Positions 31,217 through 41,053 of a DNA stretch of 64,000 nucleotides are shown here, in pieces. The notes beneath the pieces are model-generated. The model saw nothing but the letters and a program-made list of their open reading frames with translations. It did no database searches and was not told where the DNA came from. The position numbers were made by a program, and so were the translations under genes. Every line of letters starts with the position of its first letter. Within the stretch, counting starts at the first letter, position 1. This DNA is from an uncultured Elusimicrobia bacterium (GTDB taxonomy: Bacteria > Elusimicrobiota > Elusimicrobia > 2-01-FULL-59-12). The stretch lies in contig OY969767.1 in the NCBI GenBank assembly GCA_963702895.1, forward strand, positions 1,504,001 to 1,568,000, read 5' to 3'.

Positions 31217-31785
31217 AAGCGGGCCCGCAAAACCATTTGAAGAGAGTCGTGGCCAACGCTCCGGCGGGAGACGAAGACGTCATAATCGCCCTGGTGATTG
31301 AAAGCCATCGACGCGTAGTTGATCTGGTCGCCACTAAAAAGCGGCAGATCGAGACCGGTACTGAACAAATTAGCGAAAGGAGTGGTATAGGCTAGCGAAA
31401 GACGGAAAGCACGTTGACTCGACTCGGAGGGCAATCTCCGTCCCTTGTGGCCAATTTCCAAGCGGTCGGCATTGAGTTTCACCTTGTAGCCAGCCCCCCA
31501 GCGAAAACTGCGGGGGATCTTACCGAGGATCGGAACCAGCTTGATCATGACATCCTCGGGAGTCCTATAAATCGGTTCGATCGACTTCACATTCTGCGCT
31601 TGAACGGCCAATAAGCCAAAAACACTTAGAGCTACACTGGCGACCAAGGCCAAAACCACCGCCTGAATCGCCCTTTTTAGATATCGCTTGTTGCCGCAGC
31701 GCTGTTGTCGTTCTTTGTCTGCCGTATGGTTTGAGAATCGCTGATGATGATTTTTAAAATTACATCGATGAATGAACTGATCCAT
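31213..31785 (-). CDS. Hypothetical exported / outer-membrane protein
   Basis: AAGGAG RBS; hydrophobic segment ending VQA; C-terminal VLRARF. Confidence 0.6.
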   Translation of the reverse strand: MDQFIHRCNFKNHHQRFSNHTADKERQQRCGNKRYLKRAIQAVVLALVASVALSVFGLLAVQAQNVKSIEPIYRTPEDVMIKLVPILGKIPRSFRWGAGYKVKLNADRLEIGHKGRRLPSESSQRAFRLSLAYTTPFANLFSTGLDLPLFSGDQINYASMAFNHQGDYDVFVSRRSVGHDSLQMVLRARF

Positions 31786-31806
31786 AAGGGCTCCTTCTTC
31801 AGATAC

Positions 31807-31855
31807 ATGTTAGGAGAAGTGAGCCTCACCGTCTATCAGGAGAGCGAGCTATATT
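31807..31855 (-). promoter_or_regulatory. Shared promoter motif, site 3
   Basis: Minus strand: AATATAGC-N6-TCCTGATAG-N20-TAACAT. Confidence 0.7.
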
Positions 31856-32098
31856 TAAGATCGGCAATAGCACCATGCTTGGACTACGCCAAATGCTGAC
31901 AAGAGGTCAGACGAGTCGAGCTCAAGGGGTACTAAGGAGGACGGACCCGACGACAGCGGCGGTCGCGCCGCCGCAGAGCACGGACGAGGAAAAAAGAAAT
32001 ATCAACCGCGGGGCCAGTATGAAAGTTGGAAATTCAGGTGGTGCTCACCATGGGAATGTCGGCCGGCCGACGGGAAGCGGGAGGGCACTTGTCGGGCG

Positions 32099-32278
32099 TC
32101 AAGCGACCCTGAGGGGCTGGCCTTGCTGGCGCCGTGTGTGGCCCCGATGCGGTTCTCGGCGCGACGCGCCGTAGCCTCTTCCCGACTCGGTATGCCGGCG
32201 AAGTTCGCCAGCGCGCATGGCCTCGAGCCTTTTGCCCTTCCGATGACCGCTTCTCTTTCTTCGTGCTTGTCCTGACAT
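32099..32278 (-). CDS. Candidate 59-aa very basic small protein
   Basis: MSGQARRKRSGHRKGKRLEAMRAGELRRH...; GGGGAGG RBS; immediately downstream of the response regulator. Confidence 0.45.
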   Translation of the reverse strand: MSGQARRKRSGHRKGKRLEAMRAGELRRHTESGRGYGASRREPHRGHTRRQQGQPLRVA

Positions 32279-32305
32279 CGAACCTCCCCTGGGGTTCTGA
32301 ACGGC

Positions 32306-32992
32306 TTAGTTTAGATGATTGCTCTCTACCCAATGCACCGCGTGTTGGGTGAGCTCGTGGGCATTGGCCAGATTCATCTTGATTTTGATATGGGCCCGGT
32401 AGGACTCTACCGTTTTGACGCTGACGTGGAGTTCCTCCGCGATTTGGCGCGTCCCCCGCCCCTGACCGATCAATTGAAATACCTGCAATTCACGGTCGCT
32501 CAAAGCCCCCTCGGGAAGAGTCCTCTCCTCCGACTTGCCCTCCGCCACTTTATGGAGCATTTTGGCGGACATCTTTTCGCTGAGGTAAATCTCCCCGGCC
32601 AGAATGTGACGGATGGCCTTGAGCACTTCCTTCGACGCTTCTTGCTTCATAATGTAGCCCTTGGCCCCCGCCCGCAGCGCGCGCTCGGCGTAGAGGGACT
32701 CCTCATGCATGGAAAGAACCAGGACCAGTGACTTCAGGGACCGCAATTTCATGTCTTTGATGAGGTCCAAGCCGTCCGAGCCGGCCAAAGTCAGATCCAA
32801 GATCACGATGTCGGGTTTGAGGACCGGGATGGATTTTAAGGCTTGATGCGCCGCCGAGGCTTCTCCACAGACGTTTAAGTCCGTTTGGAGATTGATGAGG
32901 CGCGCGAGCCCTTCCCGGAGAAGTGGATGATCATCCACGAGGAAGACCTTGACCTTCCGAGGCTTTGACTTAAGCGAGCGCGAGGTTCCCAC
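32306..32992 (-). CDS. NarL/FixJ-family response regulator (REC + LuxR HTH)
   Basis: VFLVDDH, phosphoacceptor ILDL, GYIMK, LSDRELQVFQLIGQG...SVKTVESYR; start set at GTG 32992 (AAAGGA RBS). Confidence 0.93.
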   Translation of the reverse strand: MGTSRSLKSKPRKVKVFLVDDHPLLREGLARLINLQTDLNVCGEASAAHQALKSIPVLKPDIVILDLTLAGSDGLDLIKDMKLRSLKSLVLVLSMHEESLYAERALRAGAKGYIMKQEASKEVLKAIRHILAGEIYLSEKMSAKMLHKVAEGKSEERTLPEGALSDRELQVFQLIGQGRGTRQIAEELHVSVKTVESYRAHIKIKMNLANAHELTQHAVHWVESNHLN

Positions 32993-34148
32993 GGCGTCCT
33001 TTCTTGGCTTGGCCTGGCTCGTCGGAAGAGCAGTGAAGTGAACAGGTGACCACGGTGCCACTATTATGACCTGGCCGGATTTGGAGGGCCCCGTTAATGG
33101 TTTCTGCGCGAGAACTCATGATCGAGAGGCCCAGGCCGCCCTTACGAATGACTCCTGGCGCGATCCCTCTGCCATCATCGGTGACGGAGAGGATGACTTG
33201 ACCGTTCGTCTCCGAGAGCCGGATGACAATGTGCTTGGCCCTTGCGTGCTTTACGGCGTTGGTGACAGCTTCCTGCGCGATGCGATAAAGGTGCACGGCG
33301 AGCGCTCGATCGCGAATCATCACCGGCTTTCTCCCCTCCGTACAACAGGAGATGTGCGTCAACTTCTCAGTTGTGGCCGCCAGGTCCTCCAGCGCCGACA
33401 TGAGACCGTGGGCTTCGAGTTCGACAGGAAGAAGCCCTTTGGCGAGCAATCTCGTCTGCACAATCGCCTGCGCGATGAGCTGGTGAATCTCGCCGACGTC
33501 AGCGGCTTCCGCCAAGGATTTATCCGAGAGTTTCTTTTCCAACACCTCACTCAGAAGCGTGATCGCGGTCAGCTGTTGGCAGAGATCATCGTGCAGGTCC
33601 TGTCCGATCCGCTGTTGCTCTCGGCCGCTAATTTCCAGGATTTCCTTCTGCAGACGTTTGCGTTCGGTGATATCGCGGATGATGGTCGTAAAAAAGACTC
33701 TGTCCCCGAGCGCCCAGGTCAAAAGCGAGAGTTCAACAGGGAATCGGTGTCCATCCGCGCGGATCGCTCTTAGTTCGTGCGTCTTCCTGTCTATGGGAGC
33801 AGCCTTGCTGAAGAGGATGTGCTCCAGCTTACCCTCGCGCAGCGCGCTCGTTTGCATGGGGATCAAAAGAGCAAGGGGCCTTCCGACAATTTCTTTTTCG
33901 GCGTAACCAAAGATGGTCTCAGCACCTTCATTCCAAAACATAATATTCCCGCGTGCATCCGTGATCACAATCGCCTCATCGACCGATTGGGTGACCGAGC
34001 GGAATTCAAGTGCCGCTCGGGAACCGGCGGCAGACGTGATGCGTATGGATTTACTTTTGACAGGCAGAGAAGAGAGATCGTAACGTTCCGTTCGCCTTGG
34101 AGCGCGCTCAACGGAAGGGCGGGGTCGATGCTGCGGCTTCAATTTCAT
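32970..34148 (-). CDS. Cytoplasmic PAS sensor histidine kinase (HisKA_3)
   Basis: PAS (WNEGAETIFGY), EQQRIGQDLHDDLCQ H-box, YRIAQEAVTNAVKH, DDGRG; no TM segment. Confidence 0.93.
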   Translation of the reverse strand: MKLKPQHRPRPSVERAPRRTERYDLSSLPVKSKSIRITSAAGSRAALEFRSVTQSVDEAIVITDARGNIMFWNEGAETIFGYAEKEIVGRPLALLIPMQTSALREGKLEHILFSKAAPIDRKTHELRAIRADGHRFPVELSLLTWALGDRVFFTTIIRDITERKRLQKEILEISGREQQRIGQDLHDDLCQQLTAITLLSEVLEKKLSDKSLAEAADVGEIHQLIAQAIVQTRLLAKGLLPVELEAHGLMSALEDLAATTEKLTHISCCTEGRKPVMIRDRALAVHLYRIAQEAVTNAVKHARAKHIVIRLSETNGQVILSVTDDGRGIAPGVIRKGGLGLSIMSSRAETINGALQIRPGHNSGTVVTCSLHCSSDEPGQAKKGRRGNLALA

Positions 34149-34402
34149 AGAAGTTCCTTGACGTGTCGTTCTTGGTTCCTTATCCGAGCGTTATACATAA
34201 GCGCCTGCTCGCTGGGTGGCAGGCTTGGCTGTCTAATGAGGGCGAGCCTTTGGCAGAAGCTCACGCGTCTAGCCCGCTAGCCGGCCCGGTGCGATTGAAG
34301 AGAAGCATTTCTATTTTAACATCTCCTCGCCAAGAAACAGGAGCTCTTCTGGACTGAAACGCTTGCTCAAAGCTGCCTCGATTCTCCTCCTTCGATACCT
34401 TT

Positions 34403-34450
34403 ATGGTATGCAAGAACGCCCCGAGAGGCTATCCGGGGTGAAGCTATTTT
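34403..34450 (-). promoter_or_regulatory. Shared promoter motif, site 4 (upstream of the HK-RR operon)
   Basis: Minus strand: AAAATAGC-N5-CCCGGATAG-N20-TACCAT. Confidence 0.6.
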
Positions 34451-34485
34451 TCACGTACGTCAAACCCCTATTCGTGAGGGAGTAC

Positions 34486-34586
34486 CGGCGAATCGGGGAA
34501 CCGGCGAAACAGCGAGACGGGGAATAGGCGACTTCATGATCCTGTGATGCTGCGAAGCGCCGAATCCCGGGTGCGCCGATTCGCCG
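34486..34586. repeat. Degenerate 8-bp tandem repeats in inverted arrangement
   Basis: CGGCGAAT-like unit x6 (34486-34533) facing ATTCGCCG-like unit x4 (34555-34586). Confidence 0.65.
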
Positions 34587-34604
34587 ACACGATCATTCTG
34601 CCTC

Positions 34605-35363
34605 TCAGAAGCGGTGAGTGACGAGCACACCGTGCGGGGAGATCGCGATCGTCGTCGCGCGCTCGCGCGCCTTACGGTGGGATTGCCAGACCGCGTGGGC
34701 GGCGTTGGCGCCCAGCCAAGCCCCGAAAAATACATCCGAAGCGTAATGTTTGTTCGCCTCTATCCGTGAGAAGGCGATGAAAGCCGCTCCGGCATAAGCC
34801 GGCACCCCGGCCCATAGGCCATGGCGGAGCTGTAGCGTGGTGGCGATCGAAAACGCCCCCGCGGAATGATACGAAGGAAATGAAAAGGAGTCGGAACCGT
34901 CCGGTCGCTCGCGTCCGACGATTGGCTTAAGCGTCAGGACGCTTAAAGACGCGATAGACCATCCTTCAAACATCTGCGCGGTCGTCTCGACGATCTCGGG
35001 TTTCTCCCCCACCCGGCCGCACAAGTAGAGAGCCCCCATCATCCCCACTTCCGTGTAAGCCGCACCGAGCACGTCACCCACATGCGTCCAATCCTGACCG
35101 AGAGGCTGTTTATCTTGTACATGTTCTTGGATAGCTGCATCCTGGTTATGCAAGACCAGCGTGAGCGGCCCTCCGGCGAGTCCCAGTGCGGCCAGATGCG
35201 TCCCGGTATAAGCGGTCTTCGTTCCCGCCCACAGATTCCGCCAAAGCGGCCCAGCGAAATAGGTTGTTTCAGCAGTTTGCTCGCCCCAGGCCAACGGAAC
35301 GGCGAACAAGACAGTTGCGACGACATAACCGGCGATGGGCTTGCGGGCAGTCACGGCACCCAT
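34605..35363 (-). CDS. PAP2-family phosphatase (exported)
   Basis: KPIVGRERP, SFPSYHS, SRIEANKHYASD; PSGH is changed to PSYH. Confidence 0.85.
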   Translation of the reverse strand: MGAVTARKPIAGYVVATVLFAVPLAWGEQTAETTYFAGPLWRNLWAGTKTAYTGTHLAALGLAGGPLTLVLHNQDAAIQEHVQDKQPLGQDWTHVGDVLGAAYTEVGMMGALYLCGRVGEKPEIVETTAQMFEGWSIASLSVLTLKPIVGRERPDGSDSFSFPSYHSAGAFSIATTLQLRHGLWAGVPAYAGAAFIAFSRIEANKHYASDVFFGAWLGANAAHAVWQSHRKARERATTIAISPHGVLVTHRF

Positions 35364-35456
35364 TGTCTATCGTTCATACTGACAACGCAAGCATCGAAGT
35401 CACAGTCCCGAGTATCTCCCCTGACAAGGGCCCTGCCGATATGCCATCATCGGTAG

Positions 35457-37739
35457 GTGAAGCCCCGTTCTGAAATTAGGAAGATCGCCTTCTTAGGAGA
35501 TTACCTGCCACGGCGATGCGGCATCGCCACCTTCACGACGGATTTGTGCAACTCGGTGGCGGCCCAATTTCCCAAGCTGCAATGCTTTTCGGTTCCCGTC
35601 AACGATGTGGCGCAAGGCTACGACTACCCACCGGAGGTCCGCTTCGAAATTGAAGAGCAGAACCTGGCCTCCTATCGCCGGGCGGCGGATTTCTTAGGCA
35701 TTAGCGACGTGGACGTGCTCTCGGTTCAGCACGAGTTCGGCATCTACGGTGGAACGGCGGGCGGGCACCTGTTGGCTCTCCTACGCGAGGTCAACCTTCC
35801 CATCGTGACCACTCTGCACACCGTGCTCAAGGATCCCAACGCCGATCAAAAGCGTGTGATGAAGGAGCTCATTCACCTCTCCACGCGCCTGGTGGTCATG
35901 TCTCAAAAAGGAGAAGGTTTTCTTCGGGATATTTACAAGGCGCCCCCCGCCAAGATCGACTTGATCCCCCACGGCATCCCGGAAACCTCCTTTGTCGATT
36001 CCGGATTTTACAAGGACCTCTTTGGCGTTGAAGGAAAGCAGGTGCTCTTGACGTTCGGGCTGCTCTCGCCGAACAAGGGCATCGAAAACGTCCTCAACGC
36101 CCTCCCCAAAATCGTCTCGGAGATCCCCAACGTGGTGTACATCGTACTGGGGGCCACCCATCCGCATCTGTTGCGCGAAGAGGGCGAGTCATACCGGTTG
36201 AGCCTGGAGCTCTTGGCCGAAACAAACGGTGTTCAAAAGAACGTGATCTTCTACAACCGCTTCGTGGAATTGCCCGAGCTCAAAGAGTTTATCGGCGCCG
36301 CAGACATTTATATCACGCCCTATTTGAACGAGACTCAGATTACTTCGGGGACACTGGCCTACTGTTTCGGCGCCGGCAAGGCGGTGGTGTCCACACCCTA
36401 TTGGTACGCGCAGGAGCTCCTCGCGGAGGAGCGCGGCGTCTTGGTTCCCTTCCGCGACCCGCCTGCCATCGCCCGCGAAGTGATCGGGCTCTTGCGGGAC
36501 GATGTACGGCGTAATGCCATGCGCAAGAATGCCTACAAAATGGGACGAGAAATGGTCTGGGGCAACGTCGCCTGCTCCTACATGCAGACCTTTGAGAAAG
36601 CGCGGAACGAACGGGCGAGCCTCACGCGCAAACTGTTCACGGTGAAGACGCTCGATAAGCAGTTGAGCGAACTCCCTGAAATGAAGCTGGACCACCTCTA
36701 CCGGATGACGGACTCCACGGGTCTCTTTCAACATGCCATCGTCGCGGTACCAAACTTTTCCACCGGCTACTGCACCGATGACAATGCCCGCGCTCTGATT
36801 TTGTCGGTGCTCCTGGAGGAGCTGGGGGACGAATCCTCCCAGCTCCTGAACGCCGCCACCACCTACGCCGCTTTCGTCCAATACGCTTTCGATCCCAAAG
36901 TGAAGAGGTTCCGGAATATCATGGAATTTGACAGGTCTTGGAGGAAGGAAGACATCTCGGAAGACTGCTGCGGACGGGCCCTGTGGGCTCTGGGGACCTG
37001 TGTGGGACGCTCCAAGAACGTCGGTTTTCAAACCCTGGCGGGGCATGTCTTCGCTCAGGCGCTCGCGCCGGTGACCAGTTTCAGCTCGCCCCGCGCGTGG
37101 GCGCTTGCCTTGATGGGCGCCATCGAATACTTGCATCGGTTTAATGGCGACCGCCAGGTAAGCCAGGTGCGTGACGCCCTCACCGATCTCTTGATGGGGC
37201 TCTACAACCGAACGGCAACGCCTGAGTGGCCCTGGTTTGAAGACGCGGTCACCTACATGAACGCCGCGCTGCCCCATGCGCTGATTTTGAGCGGCCGGTG
37301 GAGCGCCCGGGCGAACGTTCTTGAGACAGGGTTGACCACCCTTCGTTGGCTCACCAAGATCCAGACCTCCGAAGGGGGCTATCTGCGTCCCATCGGATCC
37401 AATGGCTTCTATAAGCGCGGCGGCGAGCGGGCTCACTTTGACCAGCAACCGATCGAGGTTCAGGCGATGGTGTCTGCCTGCTTGGAAGCCTACCGGTGCA
37501 CCTCGGAGGATTTCTGGTTTAACCAGGCGCGCCGCGCCTTCGACTGGTTCTTGGGACGCAACGACCTGGGACTCTTCCTTTACGACCCCACGACCGGCGG
37601 CTGCCGGGACGGTCTTCATGTGGACCGTGTGAACCAGAATCAAGGGGCGGAATCGACCCTCGCGTTTCTCGTGTCGCTCGCGGAGATGCAGCAAGCGCAC
37701 AATGTGCTCGCGGCCTATCAAAACTTGCCGTCTTCTTAA
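35457..37739 (+). CDS. GT4 glycosyltransferase fused to a C-terminal helical-barrel domain
   Basis: PRRCGIATFT, FGLLSPNKG, QITSGTL; C-terminal GYCTDDNAR, FDQQPIE, NQGAEST. Confidence 0.9.
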   Translation: MKPRSEIRKIAFLGDYLPRRCGIATFTTDLCNSVAAQFPKLQCFSVPVNDVAQGYDYPPEVRFEIEEQNLASYRRAADFLGISDVDVLSVQHEFGIYGGTAGGHLLALLREVNLPIVTTLHTVLKDPNADQKRVMKELIHLSTRLVVMSQKGEGFLRDIYKAPPAKIDLIPHGIPETSFVDSGFYKDLFGVEGKQVLLTFGLLSPNKGIENVLNALPKIVSEIPNVVYIVLGATHPHLLREEGESYRLSLELLAETNGVQKNVIFYNRFVELPELKEFIGAADIYITPYLNETQITSGTLAYCFGAGKAVVSTPYWYAQELLAEERGVLVPFRDPPAIAREVIGLLRDDVRRNAMRKNAYKMGREMVWGNVACSYMQTFEKARNERASLTRKLFTVKTLDKQLSELPEMKLDHLYRMTDSTGLFQHAIVAVPNFSTGYCTDDNARALILSVLLEELGDESSQLLNAATTYAAFVQYAFDPKVKRFRNIMEFDRSWRKEDISEDCCGRALWALGTCVGRSKNVGFQTLAGHVFAQALAPVTSFSSPRAWALALMGAIEYLHRFNGDRQVSQVRDALTDLLMGLYNRTATPEWPWFEDAVTYMNAALPHALILSGRWSARANVLETGLTTLRWLTKIQTSEGGYLRPIGSNGFYKRGGERAHFDQQPIEVQAMVSACLEAYRCTSEDFWFNQARRAFDWFLGRNDLGLFLYDPTTGGCRDGLHVDRVNQNQGAESTLAFLVSLAEMQQAHNVLAAYQNLPSS

Positions 37740-37775
37740 GTGAAACTCTGCAGGCGCAAGGCCTGCTGCACCCCT

Positions 37776-37850
37776 GCCCTCACCCCACCCTCTCCCGCGT
37801 GCACGCGGGAGAGGGAGAGGCCGAGCAACGCGAGAGCCGAGGGTGAGGGC
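37776..37850. repeat. REP-like palindrome of the CCCTCACCCC..CCCTCTCCC type
   Basis: CCCTCTCCCGCGTGCACGCGGGAGAGGG palindrome enclosed by GCCCTCACCC / GGGTGAGGGC. Confidence 0.75.
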
Positions 37851-37916
37851 ACAGCCGTATGACGGCGGCTCCTCCGCACCCACTTGGGGTGCGGTAACCG
37901 CCAGAGGAATAGGGAA

Positions 37917-39395
37917 ATGAAACGACGATTTACCAACTCTCCCACCATCCAGGTCCACCGGACGACGATCCGGCTGACTCCGGATCAGCGTCGGGTTGTC
38001 TTGCGGCCCTTACGCTTGGGGACCGACGCCGAATATCACAAGATCATTCGTCGGGTCCTCTCGCTTCCGGAGAAGGACGTCCGCCGCACGCTCGATCAGG
38101 TGCTGGCGGATTTTTCTTCCCGCCACCGGCATTGGAGTGAGCGCGTCTTAGCGAGGTTCCGCCAGCTCGAGCATTTCCTGCCTGCCGGCGACAAGCTCTC
38201 GGAAGCGCGGAAACTTTTGATCGGGTCCTATTTCCTTTTCGAGTATTCCATCGAATCCGCGGGGCTTTTCAACCCCTCGATCCTCGCCCATCCGGACCAA
38301 TCGGCTCTGCCGCCTGGGAACCTGCGCTTTCTTCTGAGCCTCCGGTCCACGGGGGAGGGACATATCTCGTCTATTTCGTTTCGGAGCGGGGTCCTTGACG
38401 CCGAGAACCGAATTACCCTGGATCCCGCGTCGGGCTTTCTGTCCGAGCCAGAACTCCTTGAAAACGCCACTTACCACAAAGCACTTTTCGGTCGCAAAAT
38501 AGCGGAGATGGGACTCTCCGGCCGCCGGGTGGACCGCGTGATGGCCCAGCTGGGAGAGACGTTTACCTTAGATGAATTACGAAACCGTTTACGGGAGGCC
38601 CTCGGGAAAACGTCGCGGCGCCGGAGATTCGAGGATGATCCTGTCACCGGCGGCCTTTGGCTTTTGGCGAAGTGCAATTATGAAGTCCGATTCCCTCCAG
38701 ACCAGGACATTTCCGAAGGCGTGATCCTCCCGGTCACGCCCCTGCAAAGCAACGGCATCGAGGACGTCAGGCTGGTGGCGCATCAAGATGACCAGGGGAC
38801 AACAACGTACTACGCCACCTACACCGCCTACGACGGGCGCAACGTGCTCCCGCAGCTCTTTGTCACCGAGGACTTCCGGCATTTCAAATTCACGACCTTA
38901 AACGGTCCCGGCGCGCGGAACAAAGGCATGGCGCTATTCCCCCGCAAAATCAACGGACACTTCGCCATGCTCTCCCGGCATGACGGGGACAGCCTGTTTC
39001 TGAACTACTCCGACAACGTGCATTTCTGGCACGAGACGCGGCAGATGATCGCCCCGCTCTACCCTTGGGAGTTTTTGAAGATGGGCAACTGCGGTTCCCC
39101 GATCGAAACCTCAGCCGGATGGCTCGTCCTAACCCACGGGGTCGGTCCGGTGCGGCAATACTGTCTTGGCGCCTTTCTACTAGACCTGAAGGACCCTTCC
39201 CGGGTGATCGGGCGCTTGCGCGAACCCCTGATGCGCCCCGAAGGCCTTGAGCGGGAAGGCTACGTGCCCAATGTTCTCTACACGTGCGGAGCTCTCGTGC
39301 ATCAGGATCAGCTGGTTCTGCCCTACGGCATGTCCGACCGCGTCACAAGCTTCGCTCTCATCCCCCTGAACGACATCCTGTCCGCCATGTCCTGA
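37917..39395 (+). CDS. GH130-family glycosidase/phosphorylase with N-terminal extension
   Basis: FNPS, GEGHISS, NGIEDVR, YTAYDG, NKGMALFPRKING, GNCGSP, GYVPNV. Confidence 0.88.
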   Translation: MKRRFTNSPTIQVHRTTIRLTPDQRRVVLRPLRLGTDAEYHKIIRRVLSLPEKDVRRTLDQVLADFSSRHRHWSERVLARFRQLEHFLPAGDKLSEARKLLIGSYFLFEYSIESAGLFNPSILAHPDQSALPPGNLRFLLSLRSTGEGHISSISFRSGVLDAENRITLDPASGFLSEPELLENATYHKALFGRKIAEMGLSGRRVDRVMAQLGETFTLDELRNRLREALGKTSRRRRFEDDPVTGGLWLLAKCNYEVRFPPDQDISEGVILPVTPLQSNGIEDVRLVAHQDDQGTTTYYATYTAYDGRNVLPQLFVTEDFRHFKFTTLNGPGARNKGMALFPRKINGHFAMLSRHDGDSLFLNYSDNVHFWHETRQMIAPLYPWEFLKMGNCGSPIETSAGWLVLTHGVGPVRQYCLGAFLLDLKDPSRVIGRLREPLMRPEGLEREGYVPNVLYTCGALVHQDQLVLPYGMSDRVTSFALIPLNDILSAMS

Positions 39396-39448
39396 CCCTT
39401 GGGGATCCGCAGCCTGGGGTAAGCCCCGGATCGAGAAAGCTCTATTTC

Positions 39449-39506
39449 CTAACAGGCTGCCGAAAAACTTCTCCGGAGGTCGTCATGGCGAGGACGGGCA
39501 TCCAAC
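39449..39506. mobile_element. Truncated end of MITE family B
   Basis: CTAA + CAGGCTGCCGAAAAA, followed by a degenerate GTCAT hairpin; no partner end seen. Confidence 0.45.
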
Positions 39507-39584
39507 TGCTAAGCGCATTTAATTCGCCAATCTGTACTCTGCTGTTTCCGTCATGAACTCACTTAGACCTCCCTCTTAACCCTC

Positions 39585-40760
39585 TTAATCGATCAGTGAG
39601 GGCAGGTCCTGCCATGGAATGGCCTCGAACGACGCGGACAGTTTGAAGCGCCGAGGGGTTTGGCAAATGATGTAGCCGCGCTTGGCCGCGGGGTATTCGC
39701 GGAGAAACACTTCCAGATGGCGGGTGTCACGGAGCGAAGGGGCCGTGCTCCACTTCACTTCGATTGGAGTCAGGCGCCCATCGGACTGTAGGACCCAATC
39801 CACCTCCGGCCCATCCGGATCGCGCCAGAAGCGCAAAGTTGGATGAGGGACCTTATTACGTGACAGCCGGATGAGTTCTAACCCAACCCATTGTTCAAAG
39901 AGCTGTCCCCAGCGATCCTTCGGCGGTCGCGTCCCTTCATTGGCGGCTAGCCTTCGCACACCCAGATCAAACAGGAGATACCGCGGTGTTTTGGTCAATT
40001 TCTTACGCGTTTTGCTTTCGCTGTAGGACTCGACTCGTTCGGCGATCAAACAATCGTCCAGAATCTGATAGTAATCTGCGATCGTGGTGTGAGCGACGCC
40101 TATTTCTTGTGAGAGTTTTCTTAAATTGATGATTTGCCCGGATTCCGCTGCAGCTAATTCAAGGAACCGGGCGAAGGACGCCAGATTGCGGACGATGGAC
40201 TCTGCCCTTATCTCTTCCTCGAGATAGGTCGTGACATAGGAGGCGAGATCCGTTTCCTTGTCTTTGGGTGAGCGTATCTGGGTGATCCCCGGGAGATCTC
40301 CGTAGAGCAAACGGTTCTCAAGACCCCGCGATGGGTCTTCTCTCAGATGAAGCGGATCAAGACGAATCGCCACCACGCGTCCGGGCAACAAATTGACATC
40401 TGCTCCTCTGCGCAGCTTGCGGGCTGAAGAACCCGTGAGAACGAAAGAGGCTTTAGATTGATCAATGAGGCCCTGGATGACGTCCAGGAGAATAGGGGCT
40501 TTCTGGATTTCGTCGAGCACCACGAGCGGCCGGTCTCCATTCCGGGGCTTGAGCGACGCCACTTCACTTTTCAGGATTCCTGGATTTTTCTCGTAGCGCT
40601 GTCTTTCCGAGGGCTCCATCAGGGTCACGAAAAGATCGCTCTTCAGACGTTTCAAAAGCGTGGTCTTTCCAGTCTGGCGAGGACCGAGGAGTAGCACGCT
40701 CTTTTTCCGGCGCAACGCGGCCTGGACAAGAGCAGCCCCCGCCCTTTCAATGTATTCCAT
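39585..40760 (-). CDS. AAA_14 ATPase with DUF4143 C-terminal domain
   Basis: GPRQTGKT, LDEIQK, LTGSS, YLLFDLG, EVD...PIEVK nuclease-like motif. Confidence 0.9.
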   Translation of the reverse strand: MEYIERAGAALVQAALRRKKSVLLLGPRQTGKTTLLKRLKSDLFVTLMEPSERQRYEKNPGILKSEVASLKPRNGDRPLVVLDEIQKAPILLDVIQGLIDQSKASFVLTGSSARKLRRGADVNLLPGRVVAIRLDPLHLREDPSRGLENRLLYGDLPGITQIRSPKDKETDLASYVTTYLEEEIRAESIVRNLASFARFLELAAAESGQIINLRKLSQEIGVAHTTIADYYQILDDCLIAERVESYSESKTRKKLTKTPRYLLFDLGVRRLAANEGTRPPKDRWGQLFEQWVGLELIRLSRNKVPHPTLRFWRDPDGPEVDWVLQSDGRLTPIEVKWSTAPSLRDTRHLEVFLREYPAAKRGYIICQTPRRFKLSASFEAIPWQDLPSLID

Positions 40761-41053
40761 AGGATCTATTTTCGCCGAATTTGGAGCCTTCGTCAACCCT
40801 TATCTTTCACGGGACTTTTCCTGAGCATGGTGGGCAGAATCACGGAAGATGCCTACCCCCCTAGGAGCGACTCAATCCTTCGATTGACAGATAATCTGAC
40901 TAAATATCAACTTGCCTTATGATTAAGCGTGACGATTATGTAAGAGGATAAAGTCTTCTATGAGTCATGGAATAACCGTCTTAAATATCCATTTCGAGGA
41001 TCAAATAACCGTCTTTTTTGGCAAGTTTCGGAAATATTGATTATAATCACTCC

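Noticed and set aside
34160..34400. Short minus-strand ORFs in the kinase leader (e.g. TTG-start SKRFSPEELLFLGEEMLK)
   Set aside because: RBS spacing is poor and several stops interrupt the frame; it may be a gene relic but I cannot support a call.
36189..37958. 589-aa antisense ORF (likewise 11662-12924, 14309-15283, 6583-7509, 20398-21303)
   Set aside because: Antisense to well-supported genes, no motifs; expected from GC-rich codon bias.
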